DNA of 64,000 bases from Aulosira sp. ZfuVER01 (lineage in GTDB: Bacteria > Cyanobacteriota > Cyanobacteriia > Cyanobacteriales > Nostocaceae): positions 192,001-256,000 of the forward strand of contig JAVRCV020000052.1 in the NCBI GenBank assembly GCA_034530615.2. The letters are read 5' to 3'. A model generated the notes under the pieces. That model saw only the letters and a list, made by a program, of their open reading frames with translations. It searched no databases and was not told where the DNA came from. How positions within the stretch are numbered: the stretch's first letter is position 1; each line of letters starts with the position of its first letter. Below, piece after piece: positions 1-8,888 of the stretch. Position numbers and translations under genes: made by a program.

Positions 1-1
1 A

Positions 2-1393
2 AAACAGCGGACTGGGGAACTAGAAAAAGCTCTGCAAAAACTCCAAGGAGAAATCACTACTCGTCAGCAACTGCAAAGTAAATTGTTAGATCTAGCGTTA
101 CATGATTCGCTGACTGGCTTACCAAATAGAGCTTTGTTTATTAGGCGCATAGAAAAGGCGCTAAATCGTGCTAAACAACAATCTACTTATCAATTTGCCC
201 TACTTTATTTAGATTGCGATCGCTTTAAAGTTGTCAATGATTCTCTGGGTCATTTGGTAGGAGATGAATTACTATTAGCCATTTCTCATCGGCTACAAAC
301 ATCTTTAACACCGATGGATACTATCGCCAGATTAGGCGGCGATGAATTTGGCATTTTGCTCGAAAACCCCACAGATATCAATATGGTAATTGAGGTTGCT
401 GAACGTATTCTCCAGCAACTATCAATTCCATTTAAACTAACTCGATATGAGGTATTTATGAATGCCAGTATCGGCATTTCTTGGGGAAATAGAGACTACG
501 ATCGCCCAGAATATTTGCTCCGCGATGCTGACACGGCAATGTATCGTGCCAAAGCTTTAGGAAGGGCCAGATATCATGTTTTCGATCCGATAATGTATCA
601 AGAAGCAATCCAGCTTTTAGAGCTAGAAAACGATCTGCGCAGAGCTGTAGCACGGCAAGAATTTATTGTTTACTATCAACCAATTGTTTCTCTACTTACA
701 GGCAAAATAGCAGGCTTTGAGGCGTTAGTCCGTTGGCAGCACCCAATTCGGGGTTTAATTTTGCCAGCAGAATTCATTCCTGTAGCCGAAGAAACAGGTT
801 TGATTAATGCTATTAACACCTGGGTGTTGCAGTCAGCTTGTCAACAATTACATTTATGGCAACATGACCCAGCAATACCCGAAACCTTAACTATCAGTGT
901 CAATTTAAGTGCCAGGTTGTTTTCCCAACCTAATTTAATCGCCCAAATTGATGAGATTCTTTATGAAACTAAAGTAAATCCAGAAAACTTAGAACTGGAA
1001 ATTACAGAAAGTGTAATTATGGAAAATAGTCATGCAGTTAAAACTATTCTTCAACAATTACAAGAGCGAAGAATTAAGTTAATTATGGATGATTTTGGTA
1101 CGGGTTATTCATCTCTAAGTTATTTGCACAGCTTTCCTTTAAATGCTCTAAAAATTGACAAGTCTTTTGTCAAGCGAATGCAAGAAAATCAAGAAGATTT
1201 GGGTTTAGTACCCGCGATGATTGGCATTGCTGACTCAATGGGTATGAGGGCGATCGCTGAAGGAGTAGAAACCACAGAACAGTTAGCCCAATTGCGGAGT
1301 TTAAACTGTGAATTTGCTCAAGGATTTTTATTTTCTAGACCGATAGAACAGCAATCGGTTCTCAATTTACTCACGACTGCACCTCAATGGTAA
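2..1393 (+). CDS. GGDEF-EAL diguanylate cyclase/phosphodiesterase (5' partial; runs in from before the window)
   Basis: Frame is open from position 2 (KQRTGELEKALQKL... coiled coil), then HDSLTGLPNR, ARLGGDEF, FEALVRW, ELEITES, DDFGTGYSSL, AEGVET. Confidence 0.93.
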   Translation, partial: KQRTGELEKALQKLQGEITTRQQLQSKLLDLALHDSLTGLPNRALFIRRIEKALNRAKQQSTYQFALLYLDCDRFKVVNDSLGHLVGDELLLAISHRLQTSLTPMDTIARLGGDEFGILLENPTDINMVIEVAERILQQLSIPFKLTRYEVFMNASIGISWGNRDYDRPEYLLRDADTAMYRAKALGRARYHVFDPIMYQEAIQLLELENDLRRAVARQEFIVYYQPIVSLLTGKIAGFEALVRWQHPIRGLILPAEFIPVAEETGLINAINTWVLQSACQQLHLWQHDPAIPETLTISVNLSARLFSQPNLIAQIDEILYETKVNPENLELEITESVIMENSHAVKTILQQLQERRIKLIMDDFGTGYSSLSYLHSFPLNALKIDKSFVKRMQENQEDLGLVPAMIGIADSMGMRAIAEGVETTEQLAQLRSLNCEFAQGFLFSRPIEQQSVLNLLTTAPQW

Positions 1394-1537
1394 AAATTGT
1401 TCGTTAGTTGCTGAAAGTAAATCTACTACTCCTGTTTGATCTGTAAACTAACAAAGTAGAGTTGCGATCGCTCTATTTGCCTTCCCCACAACATGAGAAT
1501 CAGCCTTCACCAAATCTGGTTTCTTAGAAGAGGGGTT

Positions 1538-1640
1538 ATACTATTTCACCAAAAATATGATGTAGACGCAAACCCTGAAACCTGTGCTGAGTCTCAATTT
1601 CTTAATTTTGAATTTTGAATTTTGAATTTTGAATTGGTAT
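1538..1640. mobile_element. ~100 bp MITE-like dispersed repeat containing an AATTTTG heptamer array
   Basis: Imperfect terminal inverted repeats ATACTATTTC / GAATTGGTAT (8/10), with (AATTTTG)x4 inside the right end. Confidence 0.5.
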
Positions 1641-1660
1641 TATCTCCTCCTCATCAGCTG

Positions 1661-1897
1661 TTACGCATTTAACTTGTATATTTAATCGTCAGGCTTTTCA
1701 TCAAGATCCAATTCAAATTTTCAAAGAAACTCACTGGCAATTTTATACATTATTGCTAGAGGAGGAGTCCGTTTTATCTATTCTGGGAATAAAACACAAT
1801 CCAGAATTGATGAATTGGTCAATGATATAAAAGATGCGATTTAAGTAAGTTATTACGCATTTAAATTGTAGATTTCGCTCTCAGGTTCTCAAAGATC
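1661..1897. repeat. Two imperfect ~45 bp direct repeats, 192 bp apart
   Basis: TTACGCATTTAACTTGTATATTT...TCAGG...AAGATC at 1661 and TTACGCATTTAAATTGTAGATTT...TCAGG...AAGATC at 1853. Confidence 0.6.
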
Positions 1898-1944
1898 AGC
1901 CAGTCCTGTGGGCGAGTTTCCCGTTGTAGCAAGTCGGACTGCGT
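1898..1944 (+). mobile_element. Degenerate copy of the 44-nt structured small dispersed repeat
   Basis: AGCCAGTCCTGTGGGCGAGTTTCCCGTTGTAGCAAG resembles the copies at 15045, 24015, 34823 and 38096. Confidence 0.5.
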
Positions 1945-2220
1945 TAGTGAGACAGTTGCTCCTCAAGCGTTGCTATAGTTAGTATCGAAAAATTTTATGG
2001 TAAAAATCCAGTGACAGGATAGCATCACAGATGCACAAAAGACAATTATTTGTGGTTCTATCTTTATAAGATTAATATTTGCTAGAAATTGAACATTGCC
2101 TATGCTAAGTAAATTGTATTTGCTAGCTATAGCCAAGCTATCCTATGCCAAAATGAAAGTGATTAATACTTTTAAGGTGAGCGATCGCTCTGAAAGCTAG
2201 ATAAAGGATTGACCTGAGCA

Positions 2221-2835
2221 ATGGCAGACGAAAACAATCAAAATCAAGCGGGAGAGGTAGCTCCCAGCACCAACGAACCAGTAGCGACAGATCTCCCTAC
2301 AGCCAACACGCCAGATCCCAAAGCAGCAAACCCAGAAACTAACCCCAATGCTGCCAAAACCACCTCTGCACCCCCCAAGCGCGAGAAACCCGCCGCCGCT
2401 AAAGCCGATGCAGAAGAAAAACCCGCCGCCGCTAAAGCAGCAGCAAAAAAGGAAAAAGCCCCAGCAGTGGAAGATAAGCCCTTTGTAGAGTTCATACAGC
2501 AAGAGTACTTACCAGCTGTGCAAAAGGCGATTACTCAGCAGGGTGTGTCAGATTTACAGCTATCTTTTGCCAAACAGAAAGTTCCTATCACCGGCTTTGA
2601 ATCATCTGAAGAATGCTGGCAACTAATAGGAAGTTGGCAAGAAGGTTTGCGCCAATTTAATCTTTATTTCCCTGAAGAAGATATTCAGGGTAAAAAAGGA
2701 TTTTCTTGTAATGAAGGTAAAAAACCTAGCACTCTTGAGTCCTTCTTAATTGATGAACGTAAAATCACTCTTGACTTGTTGGTATTTGGTTTAGTACAGC
2801 GTTTGAACGGTCAAAAGTGGCTAGGTAGAAATTAG
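2221..2835 (+). CDS. ndhV: DUF2996 protein, NDH-1 accessory subunit NdhV
   Basis: Ala/Pro/Lys-rich N-terminus, then KKEKAPAVEDKPFVEF ... LESFLIDERKITLDLLV ... QRLNGQKWLGRN, typical of DUF2996. Confidence 0.78.
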   Translation: MADENNQNQAGEVAPSTNEPVATDLPTANTPDPKAANPETNPNAAKTTSAPPKREKPAAAKADAEEKPAAAKAAAKKEKAPAVEDKPFVEFIQQEYLPAVQKAITQQGVSDLQLSFAKQKVPITGFESSEECWQLIGSWQEGLRQFNLYFPEEDIQGKKGFSCNEGKKPSTLESFLIDERKITLDLLVFGLVQRLNGQKWLGRN

Positions 2836-2894
2836 TCAACAGTCAAGAGTCATTAGTTTGAGAAAAAGGACAAATGACGAATGGCAAATGACAA

Positions 2895-3851
2895 TTAAAG
2901 TTCATGAAAATGGTAGGTGACGGCTCCAGTAATGGGGTCGTTATCTATTCTTACATAACCTGATTTGAACATTTCCTTCAGACTGGCTTCTACTTCAGCA
3001 AAACTGACTCCCGTTGCTTTCACACCTTGAGTGACAGTGAGAGTGCCACCATTTTTTTCTGCGGCTTCAATCAGTTTAACCATCAGTTGGTTGCCAGTAG
3101 GTCGGTAAGCTGAGGTTGCAACTACAGGCTGGTGTAGCGGCACACCAAAGGGAGATACCCCGGCTTTTGCTCTCAGGGTTTGTTCGTATTCTTCTACCAT
3201 CCGAGGAATAAGGAACAGATCTACGAACTGTCCTACACCCATTAGACCACCACTAAACAGCCACAAAAAACCCGTTAATATTTTGCCATTGTATAAACGG
3301 TGCAGCCCTGCTATACCTACGAAACCAACTGCACACAATAAGTAGGAAGTAGCAACAGGATTGTTGTTGCTACGATTAATTTCGTTTCTCAATACCTCAG
3401 ATAATTTATTTACCTGAAATGAATCCGTAGACGTATTGTTGATAGCGTTCCCATTTGGTGAAGTAGGAGTTGCTAAATAGGGATCGGCAATGAGTTTTTT
3501 GACAAATTTGCCATAGTCTTCTACATCGGCGCGTGTTCCCTGGAATCGATTACCGCGAGCAACCTCCTGACACAGCCTGTTGGCGTTGAGGATACGAGTA
3601 CGCGCCTCGTAGTTGAGATTGCCATACTGTTGCATCAAATCTATTAACTCTTGCCATTGCGCTGCTTGTCGGTCTAGGACTTTGTAACGGGTTTCCGCCT
3701 CAAGAGAATGATTTGCAGCCAGCCAGTCCCGAAAATAGTCTTCCAAAGCACCGTGAAAACTAACCAAAGCGCAACCCAGTAATTCCGGGTCGTTGCCAGC
3801 TTTGTGGATTCGCTCCCAGCCTATGCGCAGCTTAACCGAATAATTACTCAT
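2895..3851 (-). CDS. TM2 (NINE) domain membrane protein with an extra N-terminal helical (HEPN-like) domain
   Basis: TM2 motif YLLCAVGFVGIAGLHRLYNGKILTGFLWLF; C-terminal winged-helix-like segment LTVTQGVKATG; ~150 aa N-terminal extension. Confidence 0.8.
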   Translation of the reverse strand: MSNYSVKLRIGWERIHKAGNDPELLGCALVSFHGALEDYFRDWLAANHSLEAETRYKVLDRQAAQWQELIDLMQQYGNLNYEARTRILNANRLCQEVARGNRFQGTRADVEDYGKFVKKLIADPYLATPTSPNGNAINNTSTDSFQVNKLSEVLRNEINRSNNNPVATSYLLCAVGFVGIAGLHRLYNGKILTGFLWLFSGGLMGVGQFVDLFLIPRMVEEYEQTLRAKAGVSPFGVPLHQPVVATSAYRPTGNQLMVKLIEAAEKNGGTLTVTQGVKATGVSFAEVEASLKEMFKSGYVRIDNDPITGAVTYHFHEL

Positions 3852-4157
3852 GTATAGCTTTGCTATTATGGTTGTTTTACAAAAATTTTACAGTTTTGAC
3901 AGTCTGAGCGTGTGCAATTGTACTAGCTCCCAATCTGGGGTTTCCCATCAATAGACTAGCGATCGCCGATTCTGGGTTCCGCCAAAATTGAAGTATTGTT
4001 GCAACTCTTAACGTTTCTTCTACTGGTTTTGATCCAGCAGCTTGGTAGACTGAATTTTATACAAATGGTTTATTGTCATCTAGTTGCGCCTTGTGAAAGC
4101 CTAATTTTGGGTTTTCTGGTGTACTCAAGATAATAAAGACAAAAGAGCAATTAAGAC

Positions 4158-5234
4158 ATGGTAGATTCCCTCAAAAAACCAGGCTTTGAAGAATTGCGCC
4201 CAGGGATCAAGATCCCGGCAAAAGAAACACTGTTAACACCCCGGTTTTATACCACCGACTTTGATGAAATGGCGCGGATGGATATCTCCGTCAACGAAGA
4301 CGAGTTACAAGCCATTCTCGAAGAGTTTCGTGCTGACTACAACCGCCATCATTTTGTTCGGGATGCCGAGTTTGAACAATCCTGGGATCATATTGATGGG
4401 GAAACTCGCCGTTTGTTCGTTGAATTTTTAGAACGTTCCTGTACAGCCGAGTTTTCCGGGTTTTTGCTGTACAAAGAACTCGGACGCCGCCTAAAGGATA
4501 AAAGTCCAGTTTTGGCAGAATGCTTCAACTTGATGTCACGAGACGAAGCACGTCATGCAGGCTTTTTGAACAAAGCGATGTCAGATTTTAATCTCTCCCT
4601 AGATTTAGGGTTTTTGACAAAGAGCAGAGATTATACCTTCTTTAAACCGAAATTTATCTTTTACGCCACCTATCTTTCAGAAAAAATTGGTTATTGGCGG
4701 TATATCACCATTTACCGTCATTTAGAAGCGCATCCAGAAGACCGGGTTTATCCGATTTTCCGGTTCTTTGAGAACTGGTGTCAGGATGAAAACCGTCATG
4801 GTGATTTCTTTGATGCAATCATGAAATCCCAGCCGCAAATGTTGAATGATTGGAAGGCAAAACTATGGAGTCGGTTCTTCCTATTGTCAGTGTTTGTGAC
4901 GATGTATCTCAATGACATCCAGCGCAAAGACTTCTATGCGTCAATTGGACTGGATGCACGGGAATACGACATCTATGTGATCAAAAAGACTAATGAAACC
5001 GCAGGCAGAGTTTTCCCGTTGATGCTGGATGTAGAGAATCCAGAGTTTTATCAACGGTTAGATGATTGCGTTGAAAAGATGGCAAAATTGAACGCGATCG
5101 CTAACTCTAAAACACCTAAATTCCTGCAATTCTTCCAGAAGTTACCAATTTTTACCTCCATTGGTTGGCAAATGCTACGGTTGTACCTAATGAAACCGAT
5201 TGATGCTGTTTCTGCTCAAGGTATGGCCCGTTAA
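4158..5234 (+). CDS. acsF: Mg-protoporphyrin IX monomethyl ester oxidative cyclase (AcsF/Ycf59)
   Basis: [27 protein letters not shown], di-iron motifs DEARH and DENRH. Confidence 0.97.
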   Translation: MVDSLKKPGFEELRPGIKIPAKETLLTPRFYTTDFDEMARMDISVNEDELQAILEEFRADYNRHHFVRDAEFEQSWDHIDGETRRLFVEFLERSCTAEFSGFLLYKELGRRLKDKSPVLAECFNLMSRDEARHAGFLNKAMSDFNLSLDLGFLTKSRDYTFFKPKFIFYATYLSEKIGYWRYITIYRHLEAHPEDRVYPIFRFFENWCQDENRHGDFFDAIMKSQPQMLNDWKAKLWSRFFLLSVFVTMYLNDIQRKDFYASIGLDAREYDIYVIKKTNETAGRVFPLMLDVENPEFYQRLDDCVEKMAKLNAIANSKTPKFLQFFQKLPIFTSIGWQMLRLYLMKPIDAVSAQGMAR

Positions 5235-5259
5235 TTGATAACGGTTTTGCGAAATTATT

Positions 5260-5293
5260 AGTGGTTCTGTATTAGTACAGAGCCGCTTTTTTT
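5260..5293 (+). terminator. Rho-independent terminator of acsF
   Basis: Stem AGTGGTTCTGTA-ttag-TACAGAGCCGCT followed by a T tract. Confidence 0.8.
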
Positions 5294-5545
5294 GTTACGA
5301 TCCCAACTTTTTTAAAGTCTACTTGCCAGTTATGAACACATCAGCAGCGCCATAAAGGGCTTGTTTTACTATCCCGCCAGAGAATCAATTTGAATGTGAG
5401 TTCGACAGAATTAAAAAACAGCAGGAGACTGAAGCAATAAAAACAAATTCATCTGAAAATCAGGTGAGCTACTTTTAATCGGCTCGATGCCATTACCAAA
5501 GTAGTAGTATGAATTCTGAGCCAATCAGAATATTGGAGAAAGTCT

Positions 5546-6835
5546 ATGCTCCAAAAGGTTGTCATTATAGGAGCGGGTCCGGCTGGACTGTTACTTGCCC
5601 ATTATTTGTTGCGTCGGGGCAAATATCAAGTTGAGATCTATGAGCAGCGTTCTGACCCGCGTTTGGTGGATGTATCACAAGACCGCACGTTTCCAATATC
5701 GCTTCAGGAACGGGGGAGAAAGGCAATCCGTGAGATTGCAGGGTTAGAGGAGGCGATCGCCCAGAAGAGTGTTTTTTGCAATGGAACGAAAATTTATCGC
5801 CAGCCAGGCAAAGCCCGTAACATTCCGCGTGCAACTCCGATTCTCACTATTGACCGCAATCGCCTTGTAAAGATTATCTTGCAGAAGTTAACAAAAACGT
5901 ACACATCAGAACAAGTCATCGTTAAGTTTGGCGTTCAGTGTGTCCAAGTGGATAGGAAAGCTAAGACCGTGATGTTGAAGCCGGAGCAGGGTGAGGCTTT
6001 CACGCTGGCTTACGATCGCTTGGTTGCCGCAGATGGGGCGCGATCGCACATTCGTGACTATTTAGCCCAGGATGCAGGTTTGCACTGTGAGCAAAGCTAT
6101 GTGCTGGATGCATATAAGTCAGTATTTCTCACGCGATTCAATCAGGCGCTGGGGTTAGAGCTGGAACCTGACAAGATCCATGCGTGGAATCGGGACAATA
6201 AGACCCGGATGATGATGGTACCTCAACCTGAAGATCGGCTCAATGGAGTTATTAGTTTTGATGCCCAGCACAATCCGCTAGCAGGATTGTCTACCAAAGA
6301 GGAGGTCTTGACGTTTTTCCAAAAGAACTTTCCTCTGTTTGGGCAGTTGATGTCACAGGAAGAGGCAGAAGCATTATTGCACCGTCCGGTGGGGCGGGTG
6401 TTAACGGTAAGTTGCGATCGCTTTCATGATGGCGATAGTGTTTTGCTCATTGGAGATGCGGCTCATGCAGTGTCGCCAGCGATTGGGCAGGGGTGCAATG
6501 CCTCATTGGAGGATGTACGGATTTTTGATCGGTTGTTGGAAGAGTATCAAGATGATTGGGCCCAGGTTTTACCCGTCTTTTCTGGGCAACGAGTTCCCGA
6601 TGCCCATGCGCTTCGGGAATTGTCAGATTATTCGTTTCCACGCACGAAGGTGTTAGTTGCTGAGTTTTTCTTGCGATTGACCATGAGCAGGTTCCTCCAT
6701 CGCTGGTTCCCTCAGTGGGTGAAGCCGTTTGTCTTCGATCTAGTGCTAAATGAAGATTTACCCTATTCCCAGGTGTTGAGCCTGAGCCAGGGTTGGATTA
6801 ACAAGGTAAAGCGATCGTTCCCTCATCCCTCGTGA
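5546..6835 (+). CDS. FAD-dependent monooxygenase, kynurenine 3-monooxygenase-like
   Basis: GAGPAG Rossmann motif, LVAADGARS, LLIGDAAHAVSPAIGQGCNASLED. Confidence 0.85.
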   Translation: MLQKVVIIGAGPAGLLLAHYLLRRGKYQVEIYEQRSDPRLVDVSQDRTFPISLQERGRKAIREIAGLEEAIAQKSVFCNGTKIYRQPGKARNIPRATPILTIDRNRLVKIILQKLTKTYTSEQVIVKFGVQCVQVDRKAKTVMLKPEQGEAFTLAYDRLVAADGARSHIRDYLAQDAGLHCEQSYVLDAYKSVFLTRFNQALGLELEPDKIHAWNRDNKTRMMMVPQPEDRLNGVISFDAQHNPLAGLSTKEEVLTFFQKNFPLFGQLMSQEEAEALLHRPVGRVLTVSCDRFHDGDSVLLIGDAAHAVSPAIGQGCNASLEDVRIFDRLLEEYQDDWAQVLPVFSGQRVPDAHALRELSDYSFPRTKVLVAEFFLRLTMSRFLHRWFPQWVKPFVFDLVLNEDLPYSQVLSLSQGWINKVKRSFPHPS

Positions 6836-7128
6836 ATTGCCCTTGTTATAGACTGCATATAGACAAATAGTACCGTAGCGATTGCTGGCTCCAATAAGGT
6901 TCTGTGTCGTTAGCTAAGTCTGTCCACACAGGAGAAATCACTACAGAATTAGCACTCTTGATTTCGCTTACTCAAAACTTTGGTAAGCGCATAAGCGGTA
7001 TAATAAGTATTTGAACTTATTTAGACAATCCATAGATTAAGGACTCCTTCTCTGGCACACCATGCTGCTTTAACCTATGGATTGTTTTTCTAAGCATTGA
7101 TGCTCGATTTTTAAATTTAAGCAATCAA

Positions 7129-7311
7129 GTTGCTCCCGGACAAATCCGGCGCTTTCAAGACCCAATGGCTAAACCCTGGCAGCGAATTCACTTTGCAGGC
7201 GAACATACTGTGATCGCATCTGGGGGGACGGAATCGGCGCTGGAATCAGCAGAGCGAGTCAGCAGCAAGATTTTGAATCGCGTATTACTCCGCTCGGATC
7301 GTAGTTTGTAG
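7129..7311 (+). pseudogene. C-terminal remnant of a flavin monoamine/L-amino acid oxidase
   Basis: Manual translation VAPGQIRRFQDPMAKPWQRIHFAGEHTVIASGGTESALESAERVSSKIL; in-frame stop at 7033-7035 and no N-terminal GxGxxG domain. Confidence 0.8.
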
Positions 7312-7331
7312 GGTGGGCAATACCTACCTAT
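7308..7331 (+). repeat. GTAG-type REP-like palindrome (degenerate)
   Basis: GTAGGGTGGGCAATACCTACCTAT hairpin between convergent genes; a related GTAG-headed hairpin lies at 18511-18544. Confidence 0.45.
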
Positions 7332-7380
7332 ATGTATCTACAAAGTTTTCAATTGTCTAAATTTATTTAGACGAGTTGAT

Positions 7381-8592
7381 TTAAGCTGATTTTTTTATTC
7401 TGATAACATTTGGTGTTACTGCTTGATGTTTGGCTGCTTCTACTTCATAACAGTTGAGAATAAGTGATGCAAGCTTATCGATATCACTTACAGAAGAAAT
7501 AAATACTTTTGATGCGGCATCTCCTAATGAAGCAGTTACTTCCTGAACTTCAAAATTTGGTGCAAGAGACTTAACGTCATTTAAATTCAGCCGAGTAATA
7601 ATACTTTTTTTCTGCGAAGACAGATACAGCCGAAGAAACCACCAGGTAGTTTTACCAAGATGTATTCCAAAGTATGAGGTAGTATCTTTGTATTGAATTT
7701 CAAAATTATAAGTTTTTGAGGTTTGTGTAATCGCTTTAATTTTTTCAAAAGCTGCGATTTCTTCAGCGGTTGTTACTATTCTTGATTCTTGATTTTCTGG
7801 TTGTTTCTCGTATTCTTCAATTTCGGATTCTACTTCTATTTCTTCTGGCTGAGACATTTCTCGGCTCAGTGAGCTTGTCATTAATGATAATAGACTGCCT
7901 TGGATAGACTTTTTAACGATAGGTTTAAATTTTTCAATAACCCTGGTATTAATATTACCTTCAAATTTATATCTTGGTGCAGAGTCACGAAGTTCTGACA
8001 CTAAAAAACGAATAAATTCTTCAGAAGGAGAACGTAAAAGATTATCTACAAGCTGGGTCATGCCTTTTACATAAACCATTTCTCCTGCATGGCTAGCAAT
8101 AGCTGCAACATCAAAATTATCACGATGGAAAAATTTGAGGTTGTCAATATCTTTTGAGTCATATTCAAGTATGTTAAAGGTGAAAAATGGCTCTTTATCC
8201 ATAATATTTTTGTCACGCAAATCAGTAAAAAAACGATATTCTATACCGTTAGTGACAATAGCTACTTTTGTTGTTACAAGTGCATTAAAATACTTGCTCA
8301 GTTGCCCATCATGCGTTTCAGCTTTTTGTCCACGGGCTTTTGCTTCTACGAGCATAACTGTATTATCGTTAATCGCTAAAGCATAATCTACCTTTTCAAA
8401 CTGCCCTGCTCTTCTAGTAGCAAAATCAGCTACGTATTCCGGCATTACTTCGCTCGGATCGTAGACATCATAACCAAGAGCACTTAAGAAAGGGACAATC
8501 AGTGCCATCTTGGTAACTTCTTCACCAACAACCTGATCGGCTCGCTTACGCACTTGTTCAGATAGCCTGGAAATATCTTCAGTGAATCCCAT
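7381..8592 (-). CDS. HSDR_N (type I restriction R N-terminal-like) PD-(D/E)xK nuclease family protein
   Basis: EEVTKMALIVPFLSALGYDV..P.EV.PEY, KVDYAL, MLVEAK, QL..YF, AIVTNGIEYRFFTDL; AT-rich; no helicase motifs. Confidence 0.85.
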   Translation of the reverse strand: MGFTEDISRLSEQVRKRADQVVGEEVTKMALIVPFLSALGYDVYDPSEVMPEYVADFATRRAGQFEKVDYALAINDNTVMLVEAKARGQKAETHDGQLSKYFNALVTTKVAIVTNGIEYRFFTDLRDKNIMDKEPFFTFNILEYDSKDIDNLKFFHRDNFDVAAIASHAGEMVYVKGMTQLVDNLLRSPSEEFIRFLVSELRDSAPRYKFEGNINTRVIEKFKPIVKKSIQGSLLSLMTSSLSREMSQPEEIEVESEIEEYEKQPENQESRIVTTAEEIAAFEKIKAITQTSKTYNFEIQYKDTTSYFGIHLGKTTWWFLRLYLSSQKKSIITRLNLNDVKSLAPNFEVQEVTASLGDAASKVFISSVSDIDKLASLILNCYEVEAAKHQAVTPNVIRIKKSA

Positions 8593-8722
8593 TTTGCTTG
8601 CTCCTGGTAGTTAAGTAGTTATTAATGCAATATTTTTCGCAAAACAGAAGTGATTGTAATATGATGTATTACAGTTAATTTCAAAGTTTTAATGCGATCA
8701 CCTTCTTCGTCACCCCTATAAA

Positions 8723-8731
8723 AGTATTCCC
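8723..8731 (-). promoter_or_regulatory. Candidate SigJ-type extended -10 element (GGGAATACT)
   Basis: Exact GGGAATACT on the minus strand ~130 nt upstream of the HSDR_N gene start. Confidence 0.4.
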
Positions 8732-8888
8732 GAATCACTACCAGGCTGTAACATTAATGACTTATCTACGGATGCGATCGCATCTGTCACATTCAAAAAA
8801 ATAGTAGTATTACTTGCTCATGGGGAGCAAAATACTGAAAATCAGCGTCAAATAGTGAAATTGTTGCAAATGATTTAGATATTTACAG

